NCBI GenBank assembly: GCA_017694755.1
Contig: JADIMO010000016.1
Location: 18,647 to 82,646 of the forward strand
Reading direction: 5' to 3'
DNA from: Candidatus Cryptobacteroides merdavium
GTDB taxonomy: Bacteria; Bacteroidota; Bacteroidia; Bacteroidales; UBA932
DNA length: 64,000 nt
In this document: positions 30,062 to 40,047 of the stretch, piece after piece
Numbering within the stretch: position 1 is the first letter of the stretch
Layout of the letters: each line of letters begins with the position of its first letter
The notes under the pieces: model-generated
Database searches by the model: none
What the model saw: the letters and a program-made list of their open reading frames with translations, nothing else
Told to the model about the DNA's origin: nothing
Program-made: the position numbers and the translations under genes

Positions 30062-31243
30062 ATGAACAATCATTCTGATTTCGACATGAAGAAAATGCCA
30101 GACCCGAATGACTGGTTGCAGAGGGATGTGCTTTCCCTGGCTGAAATGCCGGCGGAAGATGAAACGGCCGGAAACACGGCCTTCGCCGACTGTGACACGG
30201 CAGACGAAGAAAACTACGAGGATGAGGAACAGGAAATGTTCGAGCATTTCCGCTTTGAACTTGACAAGGGCCAGGCGCCGATGCGGGTGGACAAATATCT
30301 CGCCACCCATATGGAAAACACCTCCCGCCACCGTATCCAGCTTGCCATAAAGGAAGACTACATCCGCGTCAACGGCAAGGTCGCCAAGGCCAACTGCATA
30401 GTGCGGCCTGGAGATGTGATAACATTCGTGATGCCGTACCAGAGGCGCGGGCTGGAAATACTGCCGGAAAACATTCCGCTTGACATAGTATATGAGGATG
30501 ACGACCTGCTTGTGCTCAACAAGCCGGCAGGACTTGTGGTGCATCCCGGCCACGGACATTTTTCCGGGACACTGGTAAACGCATTGGCATATCATTTGGG
30601 AATCAGCCAGGGACCGGATGCCGAAGATGAAAGGATGGGAGTGCTTGTGCACCGCATAGACAAGGACACCTCCGGCCTGCTCGTAGTTGCAAAGACAGAA
30701 GAGGCCCAGCTCGATCTTGCCAAACAGTTTTTCGTACACTCCATAGACCGCCGTTATGTCGCCATAGTCTGGGGAAACCTGAAGGAAGACGAGGGCACAA
30801 TCACCGGAAATATCGGCAGGGACCCTTCAGACAGGATGCGGTTCAAGGTGTTCCCGGAAGGGGACCACGGGAAGCATGCCGTCACTCACTACAGGGTCAT
30901 AGAAAGATTCGGATATGTCACTGTGGTGGAATGCAGGCTCGAAACCGGAAGGACACATCAGATAAGGGTGCATTTCAACTGGATAGGTCATCCGCTCTTC
31001 AATGACGAAAGGTATGACGGAGCCGAAATCAGAAAGGGCACCATATATGCCAAATACAGGCAGTTCATCGAAAACTGCTTCAAGCTGCTCCCGCGCCAGG
31101 CTCTCCATGCAAAGACTCTCGGGTTCGTGCATCCACGCACAAAGGAATACATGTCATTCGACTCCCCCATTCCTGACGACATGCAGGCTCTCATAGACAA
31201 ATGGCGCAAATACGCTGAGCATCTTACTCCTGAACTGGAATAA
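30062..31243 (+). CDS. rluD: RluA/RluD-family pseudouridine synthase
   Basis: S4 domain, NKPAGLVVHP, HRIDKDTSGLL, LETGRTHQIRVH, QALHA. Confidence 0.92.
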   Translation: MNNHSDFDMKKMPDPNDWLQRDVLSLAEMPAEDETAGNTAFADCDTADEENYEDEEQEMFEHFRFELDKGQAPMRVDKYLATHMENTSRHRIQLAIKEDYIRVNGKVAKANCIVRPGDVITFVMPYQRRGLEILPENIPLDIVYEDDDLLVLNKPAGLVVHPGHGHFSGTLVNALAYHLGISQGPDAEDERMGVLVHRIDKDTSGLLVVAKTEEAQLDLAKQFFVHSIDRRYVAIVWGNLKEDEGTITGNIGRDPSDRMRFKVFPEGDHGKHAVTHYRVIERFGYVTVVECRLETGRTHQIRVHFNWIGHPLFNDERYDGAEIRKGTIYAKYRQFIENCFKLLPRQALHAKTLGFVHPRTKEYMSFDSPIPDDMQALIDKWRKYAEHLTPELE

Positions 31244-31270
31244 AGAATTGTCCGGACTTGAAATGAAACA

Positions 31271-31301
31271 GCCCCGTTCCGGATATTACCGGGGACGGAG
31301 C
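31271..31301. terminator. Hairpin between convergent genes
   Basis: GCCCCGTTCCGG-atatta-CCGGGGACGGAGC imperfect stem. Confidence 0.55.
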
Positions 31302-31311
31302 TGTGATTTTA

Positions 31312-34275
31312 TCAGCGTCTGTGTGGAGGTCCCATAGGGCCGCCCGGACCGCGGTGTCCGCCGCCGGCCTGGCCGAAATTGCCGAAACGGTAAGTCAGCG
31401 AAACCATTATGTATCTTCCGAGCGTATTGTTGCGTGTCTCAAGGTGATAGTTGGACTCGTCAGTCACGGAAAGGTTCTTGGACTGGTTGAATATGTCATA
31501 AGCCTTCACTGCAAGGGTGAACTTGTCCTTGAACAGAAGTTTGTTGATCTCCGCATTGAATACAAACTCATCATCCTGAGGAGTGGTGTATCCGCGATAC
31601 CAGTTGTAGTCACAGTCCGCAATGAGGCTCACCCCTCCGGGGATGGTCCAGTTCATTGAAGCGTCAATCTGGTTGTTCCATGTGGCATTCTGGCTATAGG
31701 AAGCAATGGTGTACCACGATTTCGATATTCTCATCCTCCCCCCTACATTCAACTCAAGAAAATCATTCCTGAACGTGAAGCGCAGCCTCTGGGTGAAATT
31801 GAGGCTCTGGGTCCTGTTTTCCGTGAACATCTCGTCACGCCTTTCGTCAAAATGCTTATGGAAGAGGTCATAATTGAATTCGGCCGTCTCGCTGTCATAA
31901 TAGTCTTCAGTATTGAATCCGTCAGTCTTCCCGATGTAGGAAGCTGATTCATTGTACCTGGCATATGTCATCGAGAATATCGAGAACTTGGAATTCTTCC
32001 CGAACGGGGAATTGATCATCACGCGCCCGTCCACCGAACCTGATGTCGGACCGTTCACCGGGATTGAATACTGCGCCCCGTTGCTGTCATACCACTGGGC
32101 ATTCACTATCGGGTCCTGCACGATGCTTCCGCCGAAACGGCCATGTATGGACATGAATGTATTCTTGTCGGTATATCCGAACATTGACCTGATATTGTGG
32201 CTGAAATAAGGTATGAGATATGGATTTCCGAGGGAGACGTTCAGCGGGTCCGAATTGTCCGGGACAGGCATGAGCTGGGAAGTCGACGGCTGGGAAGAGC
32301 GGCCGAAATAGAACATCCTTATGTTCGTGTTGTCGTCTATGTCATACCCGAACATTGCCTGCGGGGACCAGTTTATCACCTTGCTGTCGTAGTTCTCCCC
32401 GTTTGTCTCGTTATGGGTGTCCGTAGGGCGGATGGCGGCACCGAGCTGTGCCCTGAGTTTGTCTTTCTGGTACATGAAGTTGAGCCCGGCGCTCTGGTTG
32501 ATGTACCTGTTCAGTATATTGCTGGAATATGTGCCGTCATATGTCTCTCCCGAAGGATCGTATGTCATGTGCCTGCCGTCGCTGTCAATCAGGTCAGAGG
32601 CATTGCCTCCGCTGTTGTATGCATCCTTTATGGAAGTGCTTCTGTTCCAGCTGTAGGAATAGTTTGCTTCAACATAGAAGTCATGTCCGAGCGGCTCGGT
32701 GTACACGACTCTTCCTGTCATGGAAGTGCTTTTGGAATTCTGGTCGTATCTCTGGTTGACAATGTCGTCGACTGCGGCATCGTTCTCAAAGGTCCTCGTC
32801 AGGGACTGGTTGAACCCCCAGAGGTCATTGTTGCTGAAATTATAATTGAACATCACTGACACCGTCCTTCCCGGCTTTCCGAGACGCTGGCGGAAGAGGA
32901 GGAAACCGTTTGCGGTCCAGTTTCTGTTGATACCTGTATTTTCATTGAAGCCCCTGTTGGTTGTATCCCGGATGGAATTGCTTTCACTCAAGGTAAGGAA
33001 GTCGGAATACTCGGTATAGCTTCCGTTACCGAAATTGAACTGCGGCTCAAACAGGATGGAAGTGTTCTCGCTGAACTTGTGGTCGAGGCGCACACCGAAC
33101 CTGTGCCCGTCACTGGTCGAGGTGTTATATCCGTCATTGTCATATATCAGGACACTGCCGTCATCCATGTATGTGGTCCTGGAGCTCTGCTCCTCCACAT
33201 ATCTCTGCGACCCTCCGTACATGTAGTTGCCATTGAGCTCCATGTTGTTGTCCAGCAGATTGAATGCCCCGTTGGCACCTGCCATCCAGGATGTCGTGAT
33301 GCCGTTCCGTCCCCAGCCTCCGGTGCCGCGGCCCATTCCGCGGGATCCTCTCATAGTCTGCATCATGCTCCCCGCAATGTCATTGAAGCCCCTGTTGTTG
33401 GTATTGTTCCCGTTCAGGATGATGCTGATCTGGCTGTTGTTCGTAAAACGCCCGGCCATTCCGGCTGCCTGATAGCGCCAGTCGCCTGCATCTCCGGTAT
33501 TTTTCTGCAGCATGTCATGACCGCCGCCGGCCATCACATTGCCGAACCATCCATCCATCATTCCAGGCTTCACGGACAGGTCTATAACAGTCTCCTCGTC
33601 ACCGTCATCTATTCCGGTGAACTCGGCCTGCTCGGATTTCTTCTCCACTACACGGACCTTCTCGATTATCTTGGCCGGGATGTTCTTGGTGGCAAGCTGG
33701 GGGTCGTCAAGGAAGAATTCCTTTCCGTCAATCATCACTTTAGTTATGGTCTCCCCGTTGGCGGTGATAGATCCGTCAGAGCCGATCTCCACACCCGGCA
33801 ACTTCTTGAGCAGTTCCTCCAGCATGTCATTGTCGGATGTCTTGAAGGAAGATGCGCTGTATTCTATGGTGTCCTTTTTGACTATGATGGGGTTGCCGAC
33901 AGCTTCCACTTTTGCAGCCTCAAGGACTTCCACATCAGGCAACAGCTTCACCTCTCCAAGGTCGATGAGCCTGTCAACCGTCAGTTCCTGCTCATACGGC
34001 TTGTAGCCCATCAGCTCCGCCTTCAGTATGTATGTGCCGCGGACAATGCCTTCGAAGACAGCCTCGCCTGTCTCCGTGCTCATTATGTATTTCAACGGCT
34101 CCTTGGCCCCCTTCAAGGTCATGGACACTGTGGCAAAGCCGACAGGCTCCCCGGTGACTTTGTCAGAAAGCTTCATTTTCACAGGAAATCCCACCTGCGC
34201 ATATACATCGGCACACAAGAAAGCTACGGCAAGGCTCACAAGTAATTTCAAAAGGAATATTCCTCGGCAGTTCAT
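31312..34275 (-). CDS. TonB-dependent-receptor-like outer-membrane beta-barrel protein
   Basis: Signal peptide, carboxypeptidase-regulatory-like N-domain, plug (ELLKKLPGVE), barrel ending YIMVSLTYRFG. Confidence 0.88.
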   Translation of the reverse strand: MNCRGIFLLKLLVSLAVAFLCADVYAQVGFPVKMKLSDKVTGEPVGFATVSMTLKGAKEPLKYIMSTETGEAVFEGIVRGTYILKAELMGYKPYEQELTVDRLIDLGEVKLLPDVEVLEAAKVEAVGNPIIVKKDTIEYSASSFKTSDNDMLEELLKKLPGVEIGSDGSITANGETITKVMIDGKEFFLDDPQLATKNIPAKIIEKVRVVEKKSEQAEFTGIDDGDEETVIDLSVKPGMMDGWFGNVMAGGGHDMLQKNTGDAGDWRYQAAGMAGRFTNNSQISIILNGNNTNNRGFNDIAGSMMQTMRGSRGMGRGTGGWGRNGITTSWMAGANGAFNLLDNNMELNGNYMYGGSQRYVEEQSSRTTYMDDGSVLIYDNDGYNTSTSDGHRFGVRLDHKFSENTSILFEPQFNFGNGSYTEYSDFLTLSESNSIRDTTNRGFNENTGINRNWTANGFLLFRQRLGKPGRTVSVMFNYNFSNNDLWGFNQSLTRTFENDAAVDDIVNQRYDQNSKSTSMTGRVVYTEPLGHDFYVEANYSYSWNRSTSIKDAYNSGGNASDLIDSDGRHMTYDPSGETYDGTYSSNILNRYINQSAGLNFMYQKDKLRAQLGAAIRPTDTHNETNGENYDSKVINWSPQAMFGYDIDDNTNIRMFYFGRSSQPSTSQLMPVPDNSDPLNVSLGNPYLIPYFSHNIRSMFGYTDKNTFMSIHGRFGGSIVQDPIVNAQWYDSNGAQYSIPVNGPTSGSVDGRVMINSPFGKNSKFSIFSMTYARYNESASYIGKTDGFNTEDYYDSETAEFNYDLFHKHFDERRDEMFTENRTQSLNFTQRLRFTFRNDFLELNVGGRMRISKSWYTIASYSQNATWNNQIDASMNWTIPGGVSLIADCDYNWYRGYTTPQDDEFVFNAEINKLLFKDKFTLAVKAYDIFNQSKNLSVTDESNYHLETRNNTLGRYIMVSLTYRFGNFGQAGGGHRGPGGPMGPPHRR

Positions 34276-34405
34276 CTTTACAACAAAATGATTATGACAT
34301 GCTTAATAACATCACCGGCATCCGCCGGACAAAAACACACGAATATTAGACACCAATGTTCATACAAGGTTTAACGGACAGCCGAAAATTTTACGGGACA
34401 GGACT

Positions 34406-34966
34406 TCATTTCACCCTGTCAGGATGCGCTTCTATAAATTTCTTCCAATCCGAACCTGCTCCTGCAGCCGCAAACGGATTTGTCATCTGGTAATAATGGC
34501 ATAAGGCTATCGCGAGTGCATCGGTGGCGTCAAGATGCTCAGGTCTGAAGCTGACATCCAGTATCTTCTGGCTCATGATGCACACCTGCTCCTTGGATGC
34601 CGCCCCGTTGCCCGTAATGGCAATCTTCGCCTTCCTCGGAGCATATTCAAAAACAGGGATACCTGCATTTACGGCAGCCGTTATCGCCGCCCCCTGTGCC
34701 CTGCCCAATTTCAGGGTCACCTGCACATTCTTCCCATAGAAAGGAGACTCGATGGACATTACATCAGGAGAATAGATGTCTATGAGACGCGACACTTCAC
34801 GGAATATGCATGCAATCTTCTCGAAATGCTCCGGAATCTTCCGCATGTCCAGCACTCCCATATCCACATATTCCGGATGCCTCTTTCCAACACGAATGAC
34901 CCCGTAACCTAAGATATAAGTTCCGGGGTCAATTCCCATTATTATCTGCGGCTTCGTACCGTCCAT
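34406..34966 (-). CDS. ruvC: Holliday junction resolvase
   Basis: MGIDPG, IESPF, GNGAASKEQV, DATDALAIA; start uncertain. Confidence 0.95.
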   Translation of the reverse strand: MDGTKPQIIMGIDPGTYILGYGVIRVGKRHPEYVDMGVLDMRKIPEHFEKIACIFREVSRLIDIYSPDVMSIESPFYGKNVQVTLKLGRAQGAAITAAVNAGIPVFEYAPRKAKIAITGNGAASKEQVCIMSQKILDVSFRPEHLDATDALAIALCHYYQMTNPFAAAGAGSDWKKFIEAHPDRVK

Positions 34967-34973
34967 GACAGTG

Positions 34974-36245
34974 TCAGCCGATGAAGTCAAATCCTGTGTA
35001 AGGCCTGAGAGCCTCAGGAATCACGATGCGTCCGTCCCTGTAATTGTTTTCCAAAAGAGCGGCCACCACCCGAGGCAGGGCGAGTGAACTTCCGTTGAGG
35101 GTATGGGCAAGCTGTGTCTTTCCTGCCTCGTCCCTGTATCTGAGCTTCAGCCTGTTGGCCTGGTACGACTCGAAGTTGGACACGGAACTGATTTCCAGCC
35201 ATCTGCCCTGTGCAGCAGAGTACACCTCGAAATCGTAAGTGATGGCGGAAGTGAAGCTGAGGTCTCCGCCGCAAAGGCGAAGTATCCTGTAAGGCAGTCC
35301 GAGCCTGTTCACTATCCCCTCCACATGGGCTATCATCTCGTCAAGGGCCTTGTACGAATTCTCAGGCTTCTCGATGCGCACGATCTCCACCTTGTCGAAC
35401 TGGTGAAGCCTGTTCAGTCCGCGCACATCCTTGCCGTATGACCCGGCCTCGCGGCGGAAGCATGGGGTATATGCCGTCATCTTCACAGGGAAGTCGCTGT
35501 CATTGAGGATGACATCCCTGTAGATGTTGGTCACGGGCACCTCTGCAGTCGGCACGAGATAGAAATTGTCAAGATTGGCATGGTACATCTGCCCCTCCTT
35601 GTCCGGAAGCTGGCCTGTACCGAAGCCGGAAGCCTCATTGACCATTACAGGCGGCTCCACTTCAAGATAGCCGGCTGCGGTGTTGATGTCAAGGAACATG
35701 TTGATGAGGGCGCGCTGAAGCCTTGCACCCTTGCCCTTGTACACAGGGAAACCGGCTCCTGTCAGCTTCACGCCGAGGTCGAAGTCTATTATGTCGAACT
35801 TCTTTGCAAGTTCCCAGTGAGGAAGTGCATCAGGACCGAGGTCAGGGATTTCATTCCCCATCTTCACCACCACATTGTCATTGGAGTCCTTCCCTTCCGG
35901 AACGAGGTCGCAAGGTATGTTCGGAAGAAGGACAAGAAGCGAATTGAGCTCCGTATTGTTCTCCTCTGACTGCCTTTCCAGCTCTTTCGAATGCTCCTTC
36001 AGGGCAGCGACTTCCGCCTTCACGGACTCGGCCTCATCCTTCTTTCCCTCTTTCATCAGCCCCCCTATCATGGCGGCCTTCTGCTTCTGCTGTGCGAGGC
36101 AGCCGTCCAGCTCTGTCTGGAGGCGGCGTCTGTTCCCGTCCAGGTCAACTATTTTCCCGACAATCTCGCGGGCATCGAAATTCTTGACTGCAAGCTTCCT
36201 GATCACATATTCCGGATCATCACGAAGCAATTTGAGTGTCAGCAT
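34974..36245 (-). CDS. serS: Serine--tRNA ligase
   Basis: PTAEVP, CFRREAG, HQFDKVE, EISSVSN, HTLNGS. Confidence 0.97.
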   Translation of the reverse strand: MLTLKLLRDDPEYVIRKLAVKNFDAREIVGKIVDLDGNRRRLQTELDGCLAQQKQKAAMIGGLMKEGKKDEAESVKAEVAALKEHSKELERQSEENNTELNSLLVLLPNIPCDLVPEGKDSNDNVVVKMGNEIPDLGPDALPHWELAKKFDIIDFDLGVKLTGAGFPVYKGKGARLQRALINMFLDINTAAGYLEVEPPVMVNEASGFGTGQLPDKEGQMYHANLDNFYLVPTAEVPVTNIYRDVILNDSDFPVKMTAYTPCFRREAGSYGKDVRGLNRLHQFDKVEIVRIEKPENSYKALDEMIAHVEGIVNRLGLPYRILRLCGGDLSFTSAITYDFEVYSAAQGRWLEISSVSNFESYQANRLKLRYRDEAGKTQLAHTLNGSSLALPRVVAALLENNYRDGRIVIPEALRPYTGFDFIG

Positions 36246-36327
36246 GATATCTTTGTTTTAAAAAAGAAAAGAGGACTGAACCCTCACGGAGTACCAATCC
36301 TCTTTATTGTTCTTCTTTCACTCCGCC

Positions 36328-36588
36328 TCAGTTCTCAAAAGGGATAACCGAAACGAATGACTTGTTGTCTGCTTTCTTGCGGAAACATACGGTCCCGTCC
36401 ACAAGAGCATAGAGAGTGTGGTCCCTTCCCATTCCGACATTCTGCCCAGGGTTGTGCACCGTACCTCTCTGGCGGACGAGGATGTTGCCGGCTTTTACCG
36501 CCTGGCTGCCGAATTTCTTTACGCCAAGTCGTTTGCTTTCTGATTCACGGCCGTTCTTGGAACTGCCGACACCTTTTTTATGTGCCAT
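36328..36588 (-). CDS. rpmA: 50S ribosomal protein L27
   Basis: [24 protein letters not shown]. Confidence 0.98.
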   Translation of the reverse strand: MAHKKGVGSSKNGRESESKRLGVKKFGSQAVKAGNILVRQRGTVHNPGQNVGMGRDHTLYALVDGTVCFRKKADNKSFVSVIPFEN

Positions 36589-36613
36589 AATCCTTTTCCT
36601 CCCGTTGCGTTAA

Positions 36614-36925
36614 TTAAGCGATCTCTTTGATCTGGATTTTTGTAAGATTCTGACGGTGACCTGTCAGCTTCTGATAGCCTTTGCGGCGTTTCTTCTTGAA
36701 CACCAGGACTTTCTTTGCCCTGCAGGTGTCATCCAGCACGGTAGCCTTCACGACTGTACCGTCAACATAAGGAGAACCTACCTTCACTGCCCCGTCTGCA
36801 TCCACCAGAAGCACCTTGTCGAACTCGACATCCTCCCCTTTCTTTGCTGCAAGACGCTGAACGAAAATCTCCATGCCAGCCTCAACCTTAAACTGCTGGC
36901 CTGCAATATCCACGATTGCGTACAT
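36614..36925 (-). CDS. rplU: 50S ribosomal protein L21
   Basis: MYAIVDIAGQQFKV...KKKRRKGY...GHRQ. Confidence 0.98.
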   Translation of the reverse strand: MYAIVDIAGQQFKVEAGMEIFVQRLAAKKGEDVEFDKVLLVDADGAVKVGSPYVDGTVVKATVLDDTCRAKKVLVFKKKRRKGYQKLTGHRQNLTKIQIKEIA

Positions 36926-37021
36926 AAATGTAAAAAACTTAAAAGTTCCGGCTGCAAGCGGCCGCCATCATAAACGGCTCTTTTTCAACGGCTTGACAAC
37001 CCTGTCAATAATTTTGGTCTG

Positions 37022-37052
37022 CAAAGATAACACTTTTCCCAAAATCTGCAAA
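37022..37052 (-). promoter_or_regulatory. Promoter of rplU-rpmA
   Basis: TTTG-N19-TATCTTTG on the minus strand. Confidence 0.7.
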
Positions 37053-37155
37053 ACAAATGCATCACATCTATTCATCAAATTTGCCCCGTTCTCTGTCAGA
37101 CACGGAACAAAAGACCGGATACAATAAGCACGGCAAGCCATTAAGCAGACCCGGC

Positions 37156-37563
37156 TCAGATCCTGAGCAGCCAGAATGTCATCTGCATGGACACGCCGTC
37201 CTCAGTGACAGAAGTTGAAAGCGACATCTCATTCCCCGAAAGAGCATTTACAGTAAAGACAAGCGTTTCAAGGGGTTGCTCCACGACAAGAACATTGCCG
37301 TCCAGACTGTAGGCAAATGATTCTTCGGAGATGTCTGTACCCCAAGTCGCCCCTGTCCCGTCATCATCGAACCTGAAACACAGGCTCATGCCAGTTTGCG
37401 ACAGGTCAATGTCGATTTCAGAGCCGCCGGATACCAATGTGGCCCTCTGGATTTCCCAGTTACCGACAATGTCCGATGCGTCGAATGAATCATTTTCCTT
37501 GTTGCAGGATGAGAAAAACACCAGTGACAGAAGCGTCACCAAAAGCGTAAATAATCGTTTCAT
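37156..37563 (-). CDS. Lipocalin-like lipoprotein
   Basis: Lipobox FSSC, IVGNW motif. Confidence 0.75.
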   Translation of the reverse strand: MKRLFTLLVTLLSLVFFSSCNKENDSFDASDIVGNWEIQRATLVSGGSEIDIDLSQTGMSLCFRFDDDGTGATWGTDISEESFAYSLDGNVLVVEQPLETLVFTVNALSGNEMSLSTSVTEDGVSMQMTFWLLRI

Positions 37564-37744
37564 AATGGCAAAATCAAGTTATCAATTATGAGGTTAACAG
37601 TAAATGTCCCTCAAATTTAGTCTTTTCAGGACAATATGCAAACTTCTTTGGCATCGGTACCGGTTCTTTCATATTTTTCATTTTTCAGATATAACTCTTT
37701 TGTTATTTTTATAAATTTGTGTGCCTAACGGAAATTTTCAAGAC

Positions 37745-38896
37745 ATGGACACGCCTTTCATATATGACAAATATGTCATTGACAGGAATTTCATAGGCAG
37801 GAAGACCGACTGCAACACGCTGAGGAACCTGCTTTCGGGGAAAGAGGATGTGGCAATATACGAGCCTCCGAAGAGCGGAAAGATGTCGCTGATCCAGCAG
37901 GCCCTTTTCAACATGAGGATTTCGGGGCTGAGGTTCGCCGTGGGCCAGACGGACATATTCAACATCAGGGAAAAGGACAGGTTTCTGATAAGGTTCGGCA
38001 CGTCCGTGCTCAGGGCCGTGGCGACCACTCCGGCCGAATATGAGGACCTCGTGGCCAGACACCTTGCCGGGACACATTTCGTCTTTGACCCCCAGAGGTT
38101 TGCCGACTGCGAGGAGGTGGTGTCGCTTAACTGGGATACGGACAGGGATGACATGCTGGCAATGCTGAGATTCCCGCAGAAGATCGCGGAGGAGAAACAG
38201 ACGCAGATATACATGATAGTGGAGGAATTCCAGAACCTTATGATGATTCCTGAATATGAGGAGATCTTCAGCGCATGGGAGACAGTGCTTTCCGAAAAGG
38301 ACAAGGGCAAGGAGTTCTGCTGCACATTCATCCTGACAGGCTCCCTGCTCAATGCGATGAAATACATATTCGAAGAAAAGAAATATTTCTGGCGCATGGT
38401 GGAGCATCTTCCTCTGCAGCCCGTAGATGACCGGGAAATCATTGAGCATATAGTCAAAGGCTTCCTTTCAAGCGGGAAGGTCATCGACAGGGAGCTTGCC
38501 GCAGGTGCGGTAAGCCTGTTCCGGTCCAACCTGTGGTATCTCAACCACTTCATATCCATCTGCGACTCTCTATCAAAGGGATTCATCAATGAAGGGGTGC
38601 TTATGGAGGCGTTGAAGATAATACTGTCCATCCATGAGCCGAGGTTCTTCGCCATGACCAACAGCCTGACAGACCACCAGATGAGCCTGATGAAGGCAAT
38701 TCTCGACGGGGAGACGAAATTCAGCGCGACCGATGTGATAGAAAAATACAGGCTGAACTCTTCCGCCAATGTGCGGAGGGTGAAGGACGCCCTGAAGAAA
38801 AAGGAGATCATAACATTCAACGACAGGGATGAGCCTGTAATCCTCGACCCGCTCTTCCAGTACTGGCTGGAGAAAAAATATTTTGAAATGAAATGA
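37745..38896 (+). CDS. AAA/archaeal-ATPase-like protein with degenerate Walker motifs
   Basis: NFIGR, YEPPKSGKMS (Walker A-like), IVEEFQ (Walker B-like), LTGS, DPLFQYW. Confidence 0.8.
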   Translation: MDTPFIYDKYVIDRNFIGRKTDCNTLRNLLSGKEDVAIYEPPKSGKMSLIQQALFNMRISGLRFAVGQTDIFNIREKDRFLIRFGTSVLRAVATTPAEYEDLVARHLAGTHFVFDPQRFADCEEVVSLNWDTDRDDMLAMLRFPQKIAEEKQTQIYMIVEEFQNLMMIPEYEEIFSAWETVLSEKDKGKEFCCTFILTGSLLNAMKYIFEEKKYFWRMVEHLPLQPVDDREIIEHIVKGFLSSGKVIDRELAAGAVSLFRSNLWYLNHFISICDSLSKGFINEGVLMEALKIILSIHEPRFFAMTNSLTDHQMSLMKAILDGETKFSATDVIEKYRLNSSANVRRVKDALKKKEIITFNDRDEPVILDPLFQYWLEKKYFEMK

Positions 38897-39615
38897 CATC
38901 ATATATGAAAAGGAAGATAGCGGTGCTCACAGGTGCCGGAGTGAGCGCAGAAAGCGGAATCAGCACATTCAGGGACAGCAACGGGCTCTGGGAGAACTAC
39001 AATGTGGAAGATGTGGCCAGCATAGAAGGCTGGTACAGGAATCCGGGGCTGATGCTGGACTTCTACAATGCCCGGCGCAGGCAGCTCGCCGAGGTGAAGC
39101 CCAATGCCGCCCACCTTGCAATAGCTGCCCTGGAAAATGACTATGACGTGACAGTTATCACCCAGAATGTGGACAACCTGCACGAAAGGGCAGGCAGCAC
39201 CCGCATCATCCACCTCCACGGAGAACTGACCAAGGTGCGTCCGGAAGACTGCTGCAATGAGCAGGACGGCTTCTCGGAGGAAAGCGTCTTCGACATCGGC
39301 TACGATGAAATACACCTGGGCGACAAGGCTCCGGACGGGGCACAGCTCCGGCCCCACATAGTATGGTTCGGGGAAGCCGTGCCGAAGATGGAGCAGGCCA
39401 TCAACGCCGTTGAAAAGGCCGACATCATGCTCATCGTGGGCACATCCCTGCAGGTGTACCCTGCCGCCGGCCTGTACAGGTACGCAGGGATAGACACTCC
39501 GATATACATCATAGACCCGAAAGATGTCCCCGTCCACGACAAAAGGATCACCCATATAAAGGATGTCGCCACCTCAGGAATGGAAAAATTCATCGGAATG
39601 CTCAAAAAATTTTGA
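38893..39615 (+). CDS. cobB: NAD-dependent protein deacylase (sirtuin)
   Basis: TGAGVSAESGI, TQNVDNLHERAG, HLHG, RPHIVWFGE, GTSLQVYPA. Confidence 0.93.
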   Translation: MTSYMKRKIAVLTGAGVSAESGISTFRDSNGLWENYNVEDVASIEGWYRNPGLMLDFYNARRRQLAEVKPNAAHLAIAALENDYDVTVITQNVDNLHERAGSTRIIHLHGELTKVRPEDCCNEQDGFSEESVFDIGYDEIHLGDKAPDGAQLRPHIVWFGEAVPKMEQAINAVEKADIMLIVGTSLQVYPAAGLYRYAGIDTPIYIIDPKDVPVHDKRITHIKDVATSGMEKFIGMLKKF

Positions 39616-39665
39616 AACTCCGGGAAAATGACTACCTTTGCAGCCGCAAATAAAAAGGAGGTGAT
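39611..39665 (+). promoter_or_regulatory. rpsU promoter and extended Shine-Dalgarno
   Basis: TTTG(39611)-N18-TACCTTTG(39633); AAAGGAGGTGAT at 39654-39665, 6 nt before the ATG. Confidence 0.85.
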
Positions 39666-39671
39666 TAAGCG

Positions 39672-39866
39672 ATGATTATAGTTCCTATCAAGGAGGGCGA
39701 GAACATAGAAAAAGCTCTTAAGAAATTCAAAAGGAAATTCGAGAAGACCGGCGCAATCCGCGAGCTTCGTGCAAGAAAGGCTTTTGTGAAGCCGTCAGTG
39801 AAGAGAAGAGAGGAGATCAAGAAGGCCATCTATGTTCAGCACATGCAGCTTATGGACGAGAAGTAG
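39672..39866 (+). CDS. rpsU: 30S ribosomal protein S21
   Basis: KEGENIEKALKKFKRK...FVKPSVKRR. Confidence 0.97.
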   Translation: MIIVPIKEGENIEKALKKFKRKFEKTGAIRELRARKAFVKPSVKRREEIKKAIYVQHMQLMDEK

Positions 39867-39904
39867 TCCGTCACCACTGCAGATGAAAATAAGATTCAAC
39901 AGAT

Positions 39905-39934
39905 AGCGGTTGCCGATGACGGCAGCCGTTTTTT
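39905..39934 (+). terminator. Intrinsic terminator after rpsU
   Basis: GCGGTTGCCG-atga-CGGCAGCCGT followed by T-run. Confidence 0.75.
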
Positions 39935-40047
39935 CATAAATTCGGACGGCACTGGCCATCCTTTTTCCGTTTCACCAATTGGTGCAGGCATGTGCATAAT
40001 GTCTTGATATTTTTCCTAAATTTGTGGGATTGTCAATTTTTCAGACC

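Noticed and set aside
33079-34245. Long antisense ORFs (also 37738-38820, 8324-9184, 47598-48443)
   Set aside because: Shadows of well-supported genes on the other strand, with no recognisable motifs
37745-39615. ATPase + Sir2 pair as an anti-phage system
   Set aside because: The sirtuin is a canonical CobB-type deacylase, the context is housekeeping, and the ATPase is not HerA-like
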